DNA from: Scyliorhinus canicula
Lineage: Eukaryota
Assembly (NCBI RefSeq): GCF_902713615.1
Contig: NC_052154.1
Location: 192,920,948-192,984,947 of the forward strand
DNA length: 64,000 nt
Direction: 5' to 3'
A program made the translations under genes and the position numbers. The notes beneath the pieces were generated by a model, which did no database searches, had not been told where the DNA came from, and saw only the letters and a list, made by a program, of their open reading frames with translations. Shown piece after piece: positions 1 through 13,654 of this stretch; within the stretch, counting starts at the first letter, position 1, and the number at the start of each line of letters is the position of its first letter.

Positions 1-1370
1 GACGGTGCTCCCAAGGTTTTTGTTCCTGTTCCAGTGCCTCCCCATCCTTATCCCGAAGGCCTTTTTTAGGAGGGTCAACAGGAGTATTACGGGATTTGTG
101 TGGGCGCATGGGACTCCGAGGGTGAGAAGAGTGTTCATGGAATGGGGCAGGGATGGGGGGGGCTGGCGCTGCCCAACCTCTGTGGGTACTATTGGGCTGC
201 CAACGCAGCGATGGTGCGTAAGTGGGTAATGGACGAGGAAGGGGCAGCATGGAAGAGGATGGAGGTGGAGTCATGTGTGGGCACGAGCCTGGAGGCGCTG
301 GTAACGGCGCCGTTGCCGCTCCCTCCAACGAGGTATACCACGAGCCCGGTGGTGGCGGCTACCCTCAAAATTTGGGGGCAATGGAGACGCATTGCGGAGA
401 AGTGGGGGGCTCGATGGAGGCCCCGATACAGGGGAACCATCGGTTTGTCCCAGGGAGCATTGATGGCGGATTTCTGGGCTGGCACAGGGTAGGGGTTAGG
501 AGGTTGAGGGACCTGTTTGTGGAGGGGAGGTTCGCGAGTTTGGGGGAGTTAGAGGGGAAGTTTGGGCTCCCCCCGGGGAACATGTTTAGGTACATGCAGG
601 TGAGGGCGTTTGCCAGGCGGCAGGTGGAGGGGTTCCCCTTGCTGCCCCCACGTGGGGTGCGGGACAGGGTGCTCTCGGGGGTGTGGGTTGGAGGGGGGAG
701 GATTTTGGACACATACCGGGTAATGCTGGAGGTAGACGAGGCCTCGGTGGAGGAACTGAAGGGGAAATGGGAAGAGGAGCTGGGTGAGGAGATTGAGGAG
801 GGGACGTGGGCGGATGCCCTGGAGAGAGTGAATTCCTCCTCTTCCTGTGCGAGGCTTAGCCTCATACAGTTCAAGGTGATGCATCGGGCCCACATGACTG
901 GGATGAGGATGAGTAGGTTTTTCGGGGGCGAGGACAGGTGTGCTAGGTGCTCGGGGATCCCAGCGAACCATGCCCATATGTTTTGGGCGTGCCCAGCGCT
1001 GGGGGAGTTTTGAAAGGGGGTAGCAAGGACGGTGTCGAGGGTGGTGGGATCCAGGGTCAAGCCAGGCTGGGGACTCGCAATTTTTGGGGTTGCAGTGGAG
1101 CCGGGAGTGCAAGAGGCGAAAGAGGCCGGGGTTTGGTTCGGGGGGGGGGGGGGGGGGGGGGGGACTGTGTACATGGGTTTGTGGGATGTGGCGGGTGTTA
1201 TCTATTTCCCTTTTGTTGTTTGGGTGTTCTTTTGTTTTTTCTTCTGTTTGCAGTTGCATTTGAAGTTGGGTGGGTGTTGTTCTTGGGTTTTTACCGCGGT
1301 TGTTTCGTTAATATTGTTGTGATGTTTATATTTTGTAAACATCTTAATAAAAATTATTTTAAAAAAAGAA
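1..1370 (+). mobile_element. 3' part of an L1 of the same family, disabled
   Basis: ORF2 C-terminus similar to 51829-53170; frameshift near 390, stop at 1011-1013, deletion near 1130, poly-G 3'UTR, AATAAA and A tail. Confidence 0.92.
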
Positions 1371-2860
1371 AATATTCAATGACCTTGACTCCTCCACTTC
1401 TGGAGCAAGACAGTTCCAAAGTCTCACGACCCTCCAAGAAAATAATTCTCCTAATTTTTGTTTTAAATGAGACCCCCCTTAATTTTAAACTGTGTCTCCA
1501 AGTTCTGGTATCTCCCACAGGGAGAAACATCTTTTACCACATCTACCCTGCCACGTCCCCTCAGGATCTTATAATTCTCAATAAGGTAACCTCGCATTCT
1601 TCTAAACTACAATGGAGACAATCCAACCTTTCCACACAAGTTAACAACCCCCCTCCAATTCCAGGCATCAGTCGAATGTTTCTCTGATCTGCTTTCAACA
1701 CATTTATATCCAATATTAAATAGGTAGACCCAAACAATAGACAGCACTCTCCATGTGATCTCACTGTCATGTACAACTATAGCTTTTATTTACTATTACA
1801 TTCTATTCCTCTTGCAGTAATTGGCAATATGCCATTTGCCTTCCTAATCACTTGCTGTACCTGCAAACTAACTTTTTGTGACTCATGAACTAGGACTCCC
1901 AGATCCTTCTGTACCGGAGTTCTACAATATCTCTTGATTAAAAGAACATACTGCTTTTGTATTCTTCCTGCCAAAATAGAAAAGTTCACATTTTCACACA
2001 TGATACTCCTTTTGACAAACTTTTGCTCACTCATCTATCTATATCCCTTTGAAGGCTTATATCCTCTTCACAACTTACTTTCCAACATATCTTTGTGCTA
2101 TTAACACATTTAGTAACCATATATTCAGTTCCTTCATCCACGTAATTGATATAAATTGTAAATAGTTGAGCTCCTAGCAATGATTCCTGCGGCACCTCAC
2201 TCATCACACCTTCCCACCAAATAATTACCATTTATGCTTATTCGGCTTCCTGTTAGCTAACCTATCCTCTATGCATGTTTATATGTTATCCTCTAGTCTA
2301 GACCATGAGTCTTCCGTTGCAACATAACTTTAATGTGACACCTTTCCAAATGCCTTCTAGAAATCTATGTACGGCACATTCACAGGTTCTCCTTTATCCA
2401 CGTTGCTTATTACCTCCTTAACGAATGCCAATAGATTAGTCAAACATTATTCCCTTTTCACAAAGCCATGTTGACTTTGCCTGATTGCACCAAGATTTTA
2501 AAAGTTCCAGCTATTATCTCCTTAATAAATTCCAGCATTTCCGATGACAGATGTTAAGCTAACTGGCATTTGGTTTCCTACTTTCTGCCTCTATCCTTTC
2601 TTGAATGAAGGAGTCACATTTACTGTGGGGTCTTTCCAGAATCTATGGAATTTTGAAAAGTGAAAACCAATGCATCTACTGTTTCAGCAGCCACTTCTTT
2701 TAAGATACTAGGATGAAGCCCATCAGAATCTGGGTATTGTCAGCTTTTAGTTCCAATAATTTTTGTTGTACCCTTTCTCTTGTGATTGTAATTGTTTTAA
2801 GTTCCTACCTCTCTTTCACCTCCTAATTCAGACTTATTTCTGGGATCTTATTTGTATCCC
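1370..2860 (-). mobile_element. Degraded CR1/HER1 LINE fragment
   Basis: Decayed RT motifs (VPQ.S.LG..LFTIYIN, KDLGVLV). Confidence 0.75.
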
Positions 2861-3229
2861 TCCTTCTTTGGCAATCACTCTTTAACGAGTAAAATTGCCC
2901 ACCTAAGAAACCCCGTGTTACTGGGGTCCTTGCGTGCCCAATCCTAGAGCCACATCGTCGACTGCACACTTGGCAGGTGTTTCCAGGAGGTGGGATTGGT
3001 CCTCGGATGCTGGATCGCTGGTATTCCTTTGTCAGACTCCTTTATCAGTGCCTTCTCTCGCTGTCAGGTGTCCTTAAAGAATTGTGTCCCTTCAATCAAG
3101 AGGTTCCTCCAAGTTGCTCTATTCTGAGCAAGGCTTTGACGTTGATGTCGCATTTCTTGATGGAAGCTTTAATTTTCATTAATTTCCCCAGACACACTTT
3201 TTAGAGGACCAACACTCACTTATTTTTTC

Positions 3230-3590
3230 CTTTTTATTTAAAAACATATTTTTACTAAAGATTTTCCACTTATAACAAACAACACAAGAGATGGATTTTA
3301 CACAATACAATACAATATAGCCAAAATTCAACCAACCATATAAATCCCATCCAAGAGAGAAAAAAACTGTCCCCCCCCCACCCCCCTAATAAATGAAACT
3401 AAAAAAACCCTCACTAACAACTGATGATGACTAACTCTTTAAAGAAGGAAATCTGGGCTGCCATCTCAGGTAGAACCCCTCAACCCACCCCCTGACGGGG
3501 TACTTCTTCAGATGTCAAAATTCCATAAGGTCACCTGACCACATTGAGGCACTGGGCGGAACAGAGGGCTTCCACCCCAGCAGTGCAGCC
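3230..3590 (-). mobile_element. Short old L1-like 3' fragment
   Basis: T-rich tail and resemblance to the L1 ORF2 end/3'UTR. Confidence 0.5.
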
Positions 3591-3751
3591 CCACTTTCCC
3601 CAGTACTGGTGCCCCATGAATTGAAATCCATTTTGCGCCATCATAATACTATGTAACAAGTCAAGAAATACACAAGAAAGCACAAAACACAATATCTACC
3701 CCTTTAGCAAAACACAACTAAATTCAAGAACAATTTTAATTTGTGACCTAC

Positions 3752-3883
3752 CTTGTATTTTTCAAAACTCTTCAGAACCTTCAGCAAAAAATGGCCTCTA
3801 CTTCTATCAATGGTTGCATCAAGCAGGCAGCGGATTATCCAAGGATTTCGGTTCTGCTGGGCCATCCCCAGAGGTGTTTCACC
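3752..3883 (-). CDS. ZDHHC13: ZDHHC13 exon 8 (GETPLGMAQQNRNPWIIRCLLDA...EKYK)
   Basis: 132 nt, AG/GT, phase 0; TM/DHHC exons not found, presumably left of the window. Confidence 0.9.
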
Positions 3884-4441
3884 CTAAAAACAATTCAGCA
3901 AATTCCAAATTATCATTGTTCTATGTGTCACCTGATGCCCAAAAACAGGTCACTAGTCCAGGCATTGTCCTCTTTGCATGAGGCACAACACCCAAAATAA
4001 CTAAAAGGAACAAAAGGGCAACACACCATTGAAGTGTATGCCCTTCCTACCCACCTCTCAGAAATGTGATGTGCAAAACGATTCAGTAATCTTTGGAATG
4101 CTGGATTACAACAGTATGGGGTATAGTAATAATAATGATCTTTATTGTCACAAGTAAGCTTACATTAATACTGCAATGAAGTTACTGTGAAAATCCCCTA
4201 GTCGCCACACTCCAGCGCCTGTTCATGTGTACAGAGGGAGAATTCAGAAACCTTGGTTCAGCCTTAACTGAGTATTGCATTCAAGTTCTGGCTCCATGCT
4301 TTAGAAAGGATGTGACGGCATTAGAGAAAAATACAGCCCAGGAAGAGGGCATTGAAAGGTTTCATAATAGAATATAATTAGATGTGTGGGCTACTTAAAA
4401 TATTCAGACAAAGTCATGCAAGGTAGGCATTAGACACTTAC

Positions 4442-4604
4442 CATTGCATTTATAGATTCAACGTTAGCACCAGCATCCAGTAGTACGCTCAATGCAGCCA
4501 CATTTCCCGATAGCACCGCCCAGTGGAGTGGTGTGTTTCTGTGTACTTTATCAACAGCATTTATTGAAGCATTTAATTTTATAAGAAATCTGGTTGGCTC
4601 AGGC
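4442..4604 (-). CDS. ZDHHC13: ZDHHC13 exon 7 ([35 protein letters not shown]...)
   Basis: 163 nt, AG/GTAAGT; GPEPT motif typical of ZDHHC13. Confidence 0.95.
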
Positions 4605-4699
4605 CTAGATGAAACAGATTACAATATTACACCTGCCGTACTGATCAAATAGATACACTATTTGTTTATGAAGCCAAAATACAAATATACTAGACTTAC

Positions 4700-4764
4700 C
4701 CTATTATTCTGCTTGCTGCCATCATTAGTGCTGTTTGTCCATTCATATCAGGCGTGTCTATATC
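4700..4764 (-). CDS. ZDHHC13: ZDHHC13 exon 6 (DIDTPDMNGQTALMMAASRIIG)
   Basis: 65 nt, AG/GTAAGT, ankyrin repeat. Confidence 0.93.
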
Positions 4765-4839
4765 CTTAAAAACAGAAAACATCTCAGTTCCAGAGAAAAA
4801 AAACAACTTTTATATCAATGAGCTAACAAAACTACGTTG

Positions 4840-5037
4840 GGCAGCACGGTAGCACAAGTGGATAGCACTGTGGTTTCATAGCACCAGGGTCCCAGGTTCG
4901 ATTCCCCGCTGGGTCACTATCTGTGTGGAGTCTGCACATTCCCCCCCGTGTCAGCGTGGGCTTCCTCTGGGTGCTCTGGTTTCCTCCCACAGTCCAAAGA
5001 CGTGCAGGTTAGATGGATTGGCCATGATAAATTGCCC
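4840..5037 (+). mobile_element. HE1-like tRNA-derived SINE, 5' half (3' half at 7490-7626)
   Basis: A/B boxes (GGTTCGATTCC), conserved core, CR1-type tail resumes after the LINE. Confidence 0.85.
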
Positions 5038-7489
5038 AGCGGTCTACATCCCACCCCAGGCAGAAGTGAGGAAGGCGCTGGATGAACTGTACACAGTCAT
5101 AAACAACTATGAAACAGAACACCCGGAGGCCTTGTTCATTGTGGCCGGAGACTTCAACAAAGCCAACCTCAAGAGTGTACTGCCAAAATTCCACCAGCAC
5201 ATCTCCTGTCCCACCAGGGGCGACAACACTCTTGACCACTGCTACTCAAAAATCAAGGGCGCCTACCGTTCCATCCCCCGACCGCACTTTGGAAAATCAA
5301 ACCATAAGACTGTGCTCCTTCTCCCGGCTTACAAGCAGAAACTCAAGCGGGAGAATCCGGCTAAGAAGGTTGTGCAGTGCTGGTCCGAGGAGACAGAAGA
5401 GCTCTTACGTGACTGCTTAGAGACAGTGGATTGGTCCATATTTAAGAACTCAGCGATTAACTTAAATGAGTATGCCACCACCGTCACAGACTTCATCAGC
5501 AAATGAAAGCAGTACGTACATTCCCCAACTGGAAACCATGGCTCAACCGCGAGATTGACTCCCTACTGAAGGACAGATCTGAGGCGTTCAAGGCAGACGA
5601 CCCTGTCCTATACAAGAAATCCAGGTACGACCTCCGCAAAGCCATCCGAGATGCCAAGAGAGAATATCAAACTAAGCTAGAGTCACAGACAGACTCTCGG
5701 CGGTTGTGGCAAGGACTAAACAACATAACGGGCTACAAAGCAAAGCCAAGCAGTATCTCTGGCAGCAGCGCACCCCTCCCCGGTGAACTTAATGCATTCT
5801 ATGCTCGGTTTGAGCAGGTAACCAACAATCCGCTGTTGAGTGCCCCAGCAGCCCATAATTCACCCATACCCACCATCACAGTTTCCAAAGTCAGATCGGC
5901 CTTCCTGAAAGTGAACCCACGGAAGGCGATGGGCCCGGACGGGATCCCTGGTCTTGGCACTCAGAGCCTGCGCATACCAGCTGGCAGAGGTATTCACAGA
6001 CATCTTTAACCTATCCCTGCTCCACTCCGAGGTCCCCACCTGTTTGAAGAAGACCACCATCATACCACCAAAGAAGAACCAGGCAACATGCCTCAATGAT
6101 TACCGCCCGGTGGCCCTGACGTCAGTTGTAATGAAGTGCTTCGAGAGGCTGATCATGAAGCGCATCACCTCCATACTCCTGGAACACCTTGACCTACTTC
6201 AATTCGCATACCGTCGCAACCGGTCCACATCAGACGCCATTTCCCTGGCCCTACACTCATCCTTAGAGCATCTCGAAAACAAGGACTCCTACATCAGACT
6301 CCTATTTGTTGACTACAGCTCCGCCTTCAACACCATAATCCCAGCCAAGCTCATATCAAAGCTCCAAAACCTAGGACTTGGCTCTCCACTCTGCAACTGG
6401 ATCCTTGACTTTCTCACCAACAGACCACAGTGAGTAAGAATGAACACCAACACCTCCTCCACAATAGTCCTCAATACCGGTGCCCCGCAAGGATGCGTAC
6501 TTAGCCCCCTACCCTACTCCCTGTACACACGACTGCGTGGCAAAACTTGGTTCCAACTCCATCTACGAGTTTGCTGACAATACGACCAAAGTGGGCCGGA
6601 TCTCGAATAACGACAAGTCCGAATACAGGAGGGAGATAGAGAACCTAGTGGAGTGGTGTAACAACGACAATCTCTCCCTCAATGCCAGCAAAACTAAAGA
6701 GCTGGTCATCGACTTCAGGAAGCAAAGTACTGCACACACTCCTGTCAGCATCAACGGGGCCGAGGTGGAGATGGTTAGCAGTTTCAAATTCCTAGGGGTG
6801 CACATCACCAAAAATCTGTCCTGGTCCACTGACGTCGACGCTATCACCAAGAAAGCACAACAGCGCCTATGCTTCCTCAGGAAACTAAGGAAATTCGGCA
6901 TGTCCACATTAACCCTTACCAACTTTTACAGATGCACTATAGAAAGCATCCTATCGGGCTGCATCACAGCCTGGTATGGCAACTGCTCGGCCCAGGACCG
7001 CAAGGAACTTCAGAGAGTCGTGAATACCGCCCAGTCCATCATATGAACCTGCCTCCCATCCATGGACTCCATCTACACCTCCCGCTGCCGGGGGAAAGCG
7101 GGCAGCATAATCAAGGATCCCTCCCACCCGGCTTACTCACTTTTCCAACTTCTTCCATCGGGCAGGAGATTTAGAAGTCTGAGAGCACACACGAACAGAC
7201 TCAAAAACAGCTTCTTCCCCACTGTCACCAGACTCCTAAATGACCCTTTTATTGACTGACCTCATTAACACTACACCCTGTATGCTTCAACCGATGCCAA
7301 TGCTTATGTAGTTACATTGTATATCTTGTGTTGCCCTATTATGTATTCTCATGTATTTTCTTGAATTTTGTTTAATTCCCTTTTCTTCCATGTACTGAAT
7401 GATCTGTTGAGCTGCTTGCAGAAAAATACTTTTCACTGTACCTCGGTACACGTGACAATAAACAAATCCAATCCAAATCCAAATCCAAT
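5038..7489 (+). mobile_element. 5'-truncated Rex1/Babar-type LINE inserted in a SINE
   Basis: APE (YIPP, GDFN) and RT ([17 protein letters not shown]) fragments with stops/frameshifts; 3' GTGACAATAAA plus (ATCCAA)n tail; host SINE split at 5037/7490. Confidence 0.88.
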
Positions 7490-8344
7490 CCTTAGTAACC
7501 AAAAAGGGTTAGGAGGGGTTATTGGGTTACGGGGATAGGGTTGAAATGAGGCTTAAGTGGGTTGGCGCAGACTCGATGGGCCGAATGGCCTCCTTCTGCA
7601 CTGTATGTTCTATGTAATCTATGTAAAACTGATTGGATTGGTCTCTGCGATACAATTCAAAATAAGGGAGGGAGGTCCCCAAGTCCGTGTGGTCGCACCC
7701 CCACAACCCAATAAGATGTCCAAAGATGTGCGGGTTAGGTGGATTGGCCATGCTAAATTGCCCGTAGTGTCCTACAAAAAGTAAGGTTAAGGGGGGGTTG
7801 TTGGGTTACGGGTATAGGGTGGATACGTGGGTTTGAGTAGGGTGATCATTGCTCAGCACAACATCGAGGGCCGAAGGGCCTGTTCTGTGCTGTACTGTTC
7901 TATGTTCTATGTGCAGGCTAGGTAGATTGGCCACACTAAATTGCCCCTTAATTGGGGGGGGGGGAGGGGGGAGAAAGAAAATAAGGGAGGGAAAAGGATA
8001 CTGTGGAAGAACAACCGGATTGCACAAAACTAAATTGACTGATAGCTGCTGGAAGGCTAAGATCTTTCCCTCGTGCCCACTTGCAAAGCAAATGATCAAT
8101 AGTTTGAAAACCAAGACAAAGCAAATTTCCAGAGAATTTTGGTACACTGTAATTGTAGTTGTGGAGATCTGTGACTGCTGAAGCTTACAAAATTTCATCT
8201 AATTGCAGAAATGTGCAGCTGTATAGTGGCACCGAAATTAATCAGGCATACCAAATTTCATACAAATTAACTGCAATTCAATTATTAGATATCAACTTCT
8301 CCTCAGTGTTAGGTTTAGCACGGGACGTGAGGGATGCTGGTTAG

Positions 8345-9850
8345 ACCAGCGCATTTGCTGCCCATCTCTAGTTGACCTTGAGAAGGTGGTGGTGAGTTAT
8401 CTTCTTGAACCGCCGCAGTCCTTGAAGTGTAGGTACACCCACTGTGCTGTTAGGGAGGGAGTTCCAGGATTTTGACCCAGCGACAGTGAAGGAACGGTGA
8501 TATATTTCCAAGTCAGGGTGGTGAGTAACTTGGAGGGACACCTCCAGCTGGTGGGGTTCCCAGGTATCTGCTGCTCTAGGTGGTAGTGGGTTTGGAAGGT
8601 GCTGTCTAAGAAACCTTGGTCAGTTACTGCAGTGCATCTTGTAGATGCTACACACAGCTGCCACTGTTCGTTGGTGGTGGAGAGTTTGAATGTTTATGGA
8701 AGGGGTAGCAATGAAGCTGCTTTGTCCTGGATGGTGTCGAGCTTCTTGAGTGTTGTTGGAGCTGCACTCATCCAGGCAAGTGGAGAGTATTCCATTACAC
8801 TCCTGGCTTGTGCCTTGGCGCCGGAATGTGGCAACTGGGGGCTTTTCACAGTAACTTCATTGAAGCCTACTTGTGACAATAAGCGATTATTATTATTGTA
8901 GATGGTGGACAGGCTTTGTGGGCTGGGGTGGGGGGGGGGGGGCTGTCAGGAGGGGAGTTACTCACCATAGGATTCCTAGTCTGTGTGTTGCCCTGGTAGC
9001 CAGAGTATTAATGCGGCTAGTCCAGTTCAGTTTCTGATCAATGGTAACGCCCCCCAGGATGTTGATTGTGGAGGATTCAGCGATGGTAATGCCATTGAAT
9101 GTCAAGGGCAGTGGTTAGATCCTCTCTTGTAGGAAATGGTCATTGCCTGACACTTGTGTGGCACGAATGTAACTTGCCAGTCCAAGCCTGGCTATTGTCC
9201 AGGTTTTACTGAAGTGGACATGGACTGCTTCAGTATCAGAGGAGTTGCAAATGGTGCTGAGCATTGTGCAGATATCTGCAAACATCCCCACTTCTGACCT
9301 TATGATGGAAGGGAGGTCATTGATGAAGCAGCTGAAGATGGTTGGGCCTAGGACACTACCCTGAGGAACTCCTGTAGTGATGTTCTGGGGCTGAGATTAT
9401 TGACCCCCAACCATCTTCCTTTGTGGCAGGCATGACTCCAAGCAGCAGAGAGTTTCCCCCCTGATTCCCATCGACTCCAGTTTAGCTGGGGCTCCTTGAT
9501 GCCATACTCGGTCAAATGCTGCCATGATGTCAAGGGCAGGCACTCTCACCTCACCTCTAGCATTCAGCTCTTTTGTCCATGTTTGAACCAACATGGTTGG
9601 TGAGTGGAACTGAGTGACCCTGGCGGAACCCAAACTGAGCATCCATGAGCAGGTTATTGCTGAGTAAGTGCCGTTTAATAGCACTGTCGATGACTCCTTC
9701 CATCACTTTGCTGATGATGGAGTAGACTTATAGGGCTGCAATTGGCTGGGTTAGATTTGTCCTGTTTCTTGTGTACAGGAAACACCTGGGCAATTTTCCA
9801 CATTACCAGGTAAATGCCAGTATTAAAGCTGTACTGGAACAGCTTGGCTA
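8345..9850 (-). mobile_element. Degraded non-LTR retrotransposon (CR1/L2 superclade) 3' fragment
   Basis: RT remnants (ALDI.AAFDRVWH; RSVMEYSPLAW); related copy at ~33230-33690 on plus. Confidence 0.75.
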
Positions 9851-9933
9851 GGCCTTGCTAAGCTTGCCTTTTATTATGACAATACAAGTATAGTCAAGTC
9901 CCGTTGCACCATGCAAAAAACAAACCAACATAC

Positions 9934-10078
9934 CTGATCTTTTGCCACAAGGTATGCCACGATAGGCATATGTTGGAACTGAACTGCAAGGTGAAGACAG
10001 GTGAATCCTTCTCTATCGACCAGTGTGGGATCCGAACCATGTTTCAATAGTAACACAACCATAGACAAGTGGCCTTGT
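9934..10078 (-). CDS. ZDHHC13: ZDHHC13 exon 5 ([48 protein letters not shown])
   Basis: 145 nt, AG/GT; FQHMPI motif favours ZDHHC13 over ZDHHC17. Confidence 0.95.
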
Positions 10079-10585
10079 CTGGAATATATTAAAAAAAGAT
10101 TTCTTTTATGGTTTTAAAAAATCTCATTAGTGTAACTTACAATGCCAGTTAGAAATGTTTTTACAATCAGCAACAAACTGCAAAATATTTAATGCTTATT
10201 TGGCACAAATCAATTTGTCTAATTTATGAGTCGCTGATACATCTTTCATTTTCTTTATTGGCACGGTTTGAATTTAAATGCATTGTTTAGCTTCAACTTG
10301 ATTGTAGCAGAGTGCAGCAGCTTCATTGCAAATTGTACAACATTTCCTATTTTTATGCCAATCCGGTCAACTCTTTACTCCGCGCACTTCCACATTTACG
10401 ATTATGCGCTTTCTACTTCTTCAGAACCTATCTGGACCTAACAGGTCAGGAACATCAACAGAATTCTTGTATGACAGAATTCAGTTAATGGAAATAAGAA
10501 CATTATTCAAAGACAAAGGGACAGACAAATTCTCAATTTGTCACTTATTTGGGGGGGGGGGGGGGGGGGAGGAGCAAAGGTAATA

Positions 10586-11622
10586 TAAGAACAAAGAACA
10601 AAGAAAATTACAGCACAGGAACAGGCCCTTCAGCCCTCCCAGCCTGCGCCGATCCAGATCCTTTATCTAAACCTGTCTCCTATTTTCCAAGGTCTACTTC
10701 CCTCTGTTCCCCGCCCGTTCATATATCTGTCTGGTAAAGCGTTCCAGGCACCCACCACCCTCTGCGTAAAAAACTTTCCACGCACATCTCCCTTAAACTT
10801 TCCCCCTCTCACCTTGAAATCGTGACCCCATGTAATTGACACCCCCACTCTTGGGAAAAGCTTGTTGCTATCCACCCTGTCCATACCTCTCAATTTTGTA
10901 GACCTCAATCAGGTCCCCCCCTCAACTTCCGTCTTTCCAACGAAAACAATCCTAATCTACTCAACCTTTCTTCATAGCTAGCACCCTCCATACCAGGCAA
11001 CATTCTGGTGAACCTCCTCTGCATCCTCTCCAAACCATCCACATCCTTCTGGTAATGTGGCAACCAGAACTGCACACAGTATTCCAAATGTGGCCGAACC
11101 AAAGTCCTATACAACTGTAACATGACCTGCCAACTCTTGTACTCAATACCCCTTCCGATGAAGGCAAGCATGCTGTATGCCTTCTTGACCACTCTATCCA
11201 CCTGCGTTGCCACCTTCAGGGTACAATGGACCTGAACTCCCAGATCTCTCTGTACATCAATTTTCCCCAAGACCCTTCCATTGACTATATAGTCCGCTCT
11301 TGAATTTGATCTTCCAAAATGCATCACCTCGCATTTGTCTGGATTGAACTCCATCTGCCATTTCTCTGCCCAACTCTCCAATCTATCTATATTTTGTTGT
11401 ATTCTCTGACAGTCCTCCTTGCTATCTGCAACTCCACCAATCTTAGTATCATCTGCAAACTTGGTAATCAGACCACCTATACCCTCCTCCAGGTCATTTA
11501 TGTAGATCACAAACAACAGTAGTCCGAGCACGGATCCCTCTGGAACACCACTAGTCACCCTTCTCCATTTTGAGACACTCCCTTCCATCACTACTCTGTC
11601 TCCTGTTGCCCAGCCAGTTCTT
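10586..11622 (-). mobile_element. CR1/HER1 LINE 3' fragment
   Basis: 228-aa ORF with GVP.GSVLG, KFADDTK, RPHLEYC; microsatellite tail. Confidence 0.92.
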
Positions 11623-12187
11623 TATAGAAAATAAAATATAGAAAATAACAGAATCCCAGTGCCGCAGAATCAATTACCAAGGTTATTCAACCAAGGTGAC
11701 ACTGTCAAGACTCAAGCTCTGCACTTTCGCAACTTTCTATAGGGAACTTATAATGCCATCAAGCAGCTTTTGTAATAAAATATAACTGATCACAGATGTA
11801 GGGTGAGGGGTGGTAGATTTGGAACTGAGATGGGGAGGCACTGCTTCTTGCAGAAGGTGGTGAATTTGCGGAACTCACTACCCCATAGTGCGGTGTCCAA
11901 ATCATTAAATGGTTTCAAGAGGGAGATGGATATATTTATGATAAAAAAACAGGTTAAGGGGATATGGGAACCAGGTAGGGAGGTGGCTTTGAGACCAGGA
12001 AGAGATTGAATGGCAGAGCAGGCTCGAGGGACCTACTTCTTCTCCTGATTCCTATGTTCCTATAACATTCAAGGCTATGAACTAAATGTTGACAAATGGG
12101 ATTAGGTAGACAGCTCAGGTGTTTTCCATGCATCTGTGCAGGCTCGATGGGCCAAAGGGCCTCTTCTGCAATGCATTATTCTGTGAT

Positions 12188-13304
12188 TGTTACGAATGAG
12201 GTTTACAAGATTTTTATGCTTTGGGATTGTATCTTTTAACTCAGGGCAAAAGGGGAAGGGGGCATCATGTGAACTGTTCTGACATCAGCCTGACAATAGG
12301 CCTGGGTAACGCAGTTGTTAAAGGGAAGCTCAGTTTGTTTTGTTGGAAAGAAAGTGGAGACAATGACAGCAGTATCTGTGTTTATAGTGGTTAGACTGCT
12401 AGTCTCCAAAGTCCCAGGAAGGTGTTGAAAATGGCAGCTTTAAAAATTCTTCAAAACCTGAATAAAAATACTTAAAAAAAAAAAGAAAATGGCAGCTTTG
12501 TGGACAGTTTTGCCTGAAATCATCCATTTACTTTCAGGATTTAAAAAAAATTGTTGATGTCTCAAAGGTAGCTAATCAGCATTTCTACATGGATACAAAG
12601 CCTGTGTGATTCACATTGCTAGGGGCATGAGCTTTGAGTAGGTTTCTAAGGTATCCCTGAAACTTGCAGACGCAGGCAGTCTTCCAGAATCTGGGAGAGA
12701 GCATTTAGAAGCAAAAAAAGCTCTTTGATTTACCATGCAGTAATGTAGCGGGAGCCATGCTTGGATTGAAAAGACCAAATTCATGAGCATTCATGTAGCT
12801 TATGAATGAGGGGGAATCTCCAGGAAAAACCTGCACCATGGAAAATTGTTCTAGGGTTAAAAAGATACCAGGTTGGGAAGAGAAAGGAACGGAAGTAAAA
12901 TCTCAGGAGCTGAGAATCACTTTGGACTGGGTTCGGGGAAACTCAAATTACTACATAAGGGAGTGTCTCAATTGTGTTTAAAATGAAAGTTCTGTTCTAC
13001 AGTTTAAAGTAAGAGTTGCCTTTAAAAATAGCATTTTGTCAATAATGCTTTTAGTCTACGCCTGGTATATATGTGAGGTTGAGCCTGGTCCAACTCAAGG
13101 TAGTGTTTAGGGTTACAGTGAAAGTATTAAAACATGAAATCTGGATTCATCCTTTCAGCTATCAACTAGAAGCTCAAATTGGTGTAGAAGTTTTTAGTTT
13201 AGATGGGCAGCATGGTCGGCGCAGACTTGGAGGGCCGAAGGGCCTGTTCCTGTGCTGTACTTTTCTTTGTTCTTAGGTTATCGGTCTCTACAGAGATCGT
13301 AACA
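12188..13304. mobile_element. Solo LTR-like element
   Basis: TGTTACGA...TCGTAACA inverted termini, flanks GTGAT/GTAAT (4/5 TSD). Confidence 0.6.
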
Positions 13305-13654
13305 GTAATGGCTCCTTGGTAGTAATCTAATTCAGTATAAGAAATGTAATCCAGTCTTAACACGCAAGATACATGCTAACTAAGATCAAAGACAAAACAA
13401 AATAAATCAAAGGACATTACAAAAATGAATAGTTTGCTTAGTTCTCCTATAACATCACTACTAATAAGATTTTAAACTCATTTATCAAATTTGAAGATGA
13501 ATCTGAAGTTTAAGTACTAACAAGTTGAAAAACTATTCTGAATAACAGTAGTCCAAAATTAAGAGATTTTCCCCAAACTTAATTTGTTGTATGTAATAGT
13601 TGGCTACAAATCCTATAAATTAGCGAGTTGGAGAACAGACGAGTAGAACATGAT

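Noticed and set aside
365-1259. Long antisense ORFs over L1 ORF2 (also 47206-47748, 52183-55595)
   Set aside because: Shadow frames of GC-rich L1 coding sequence
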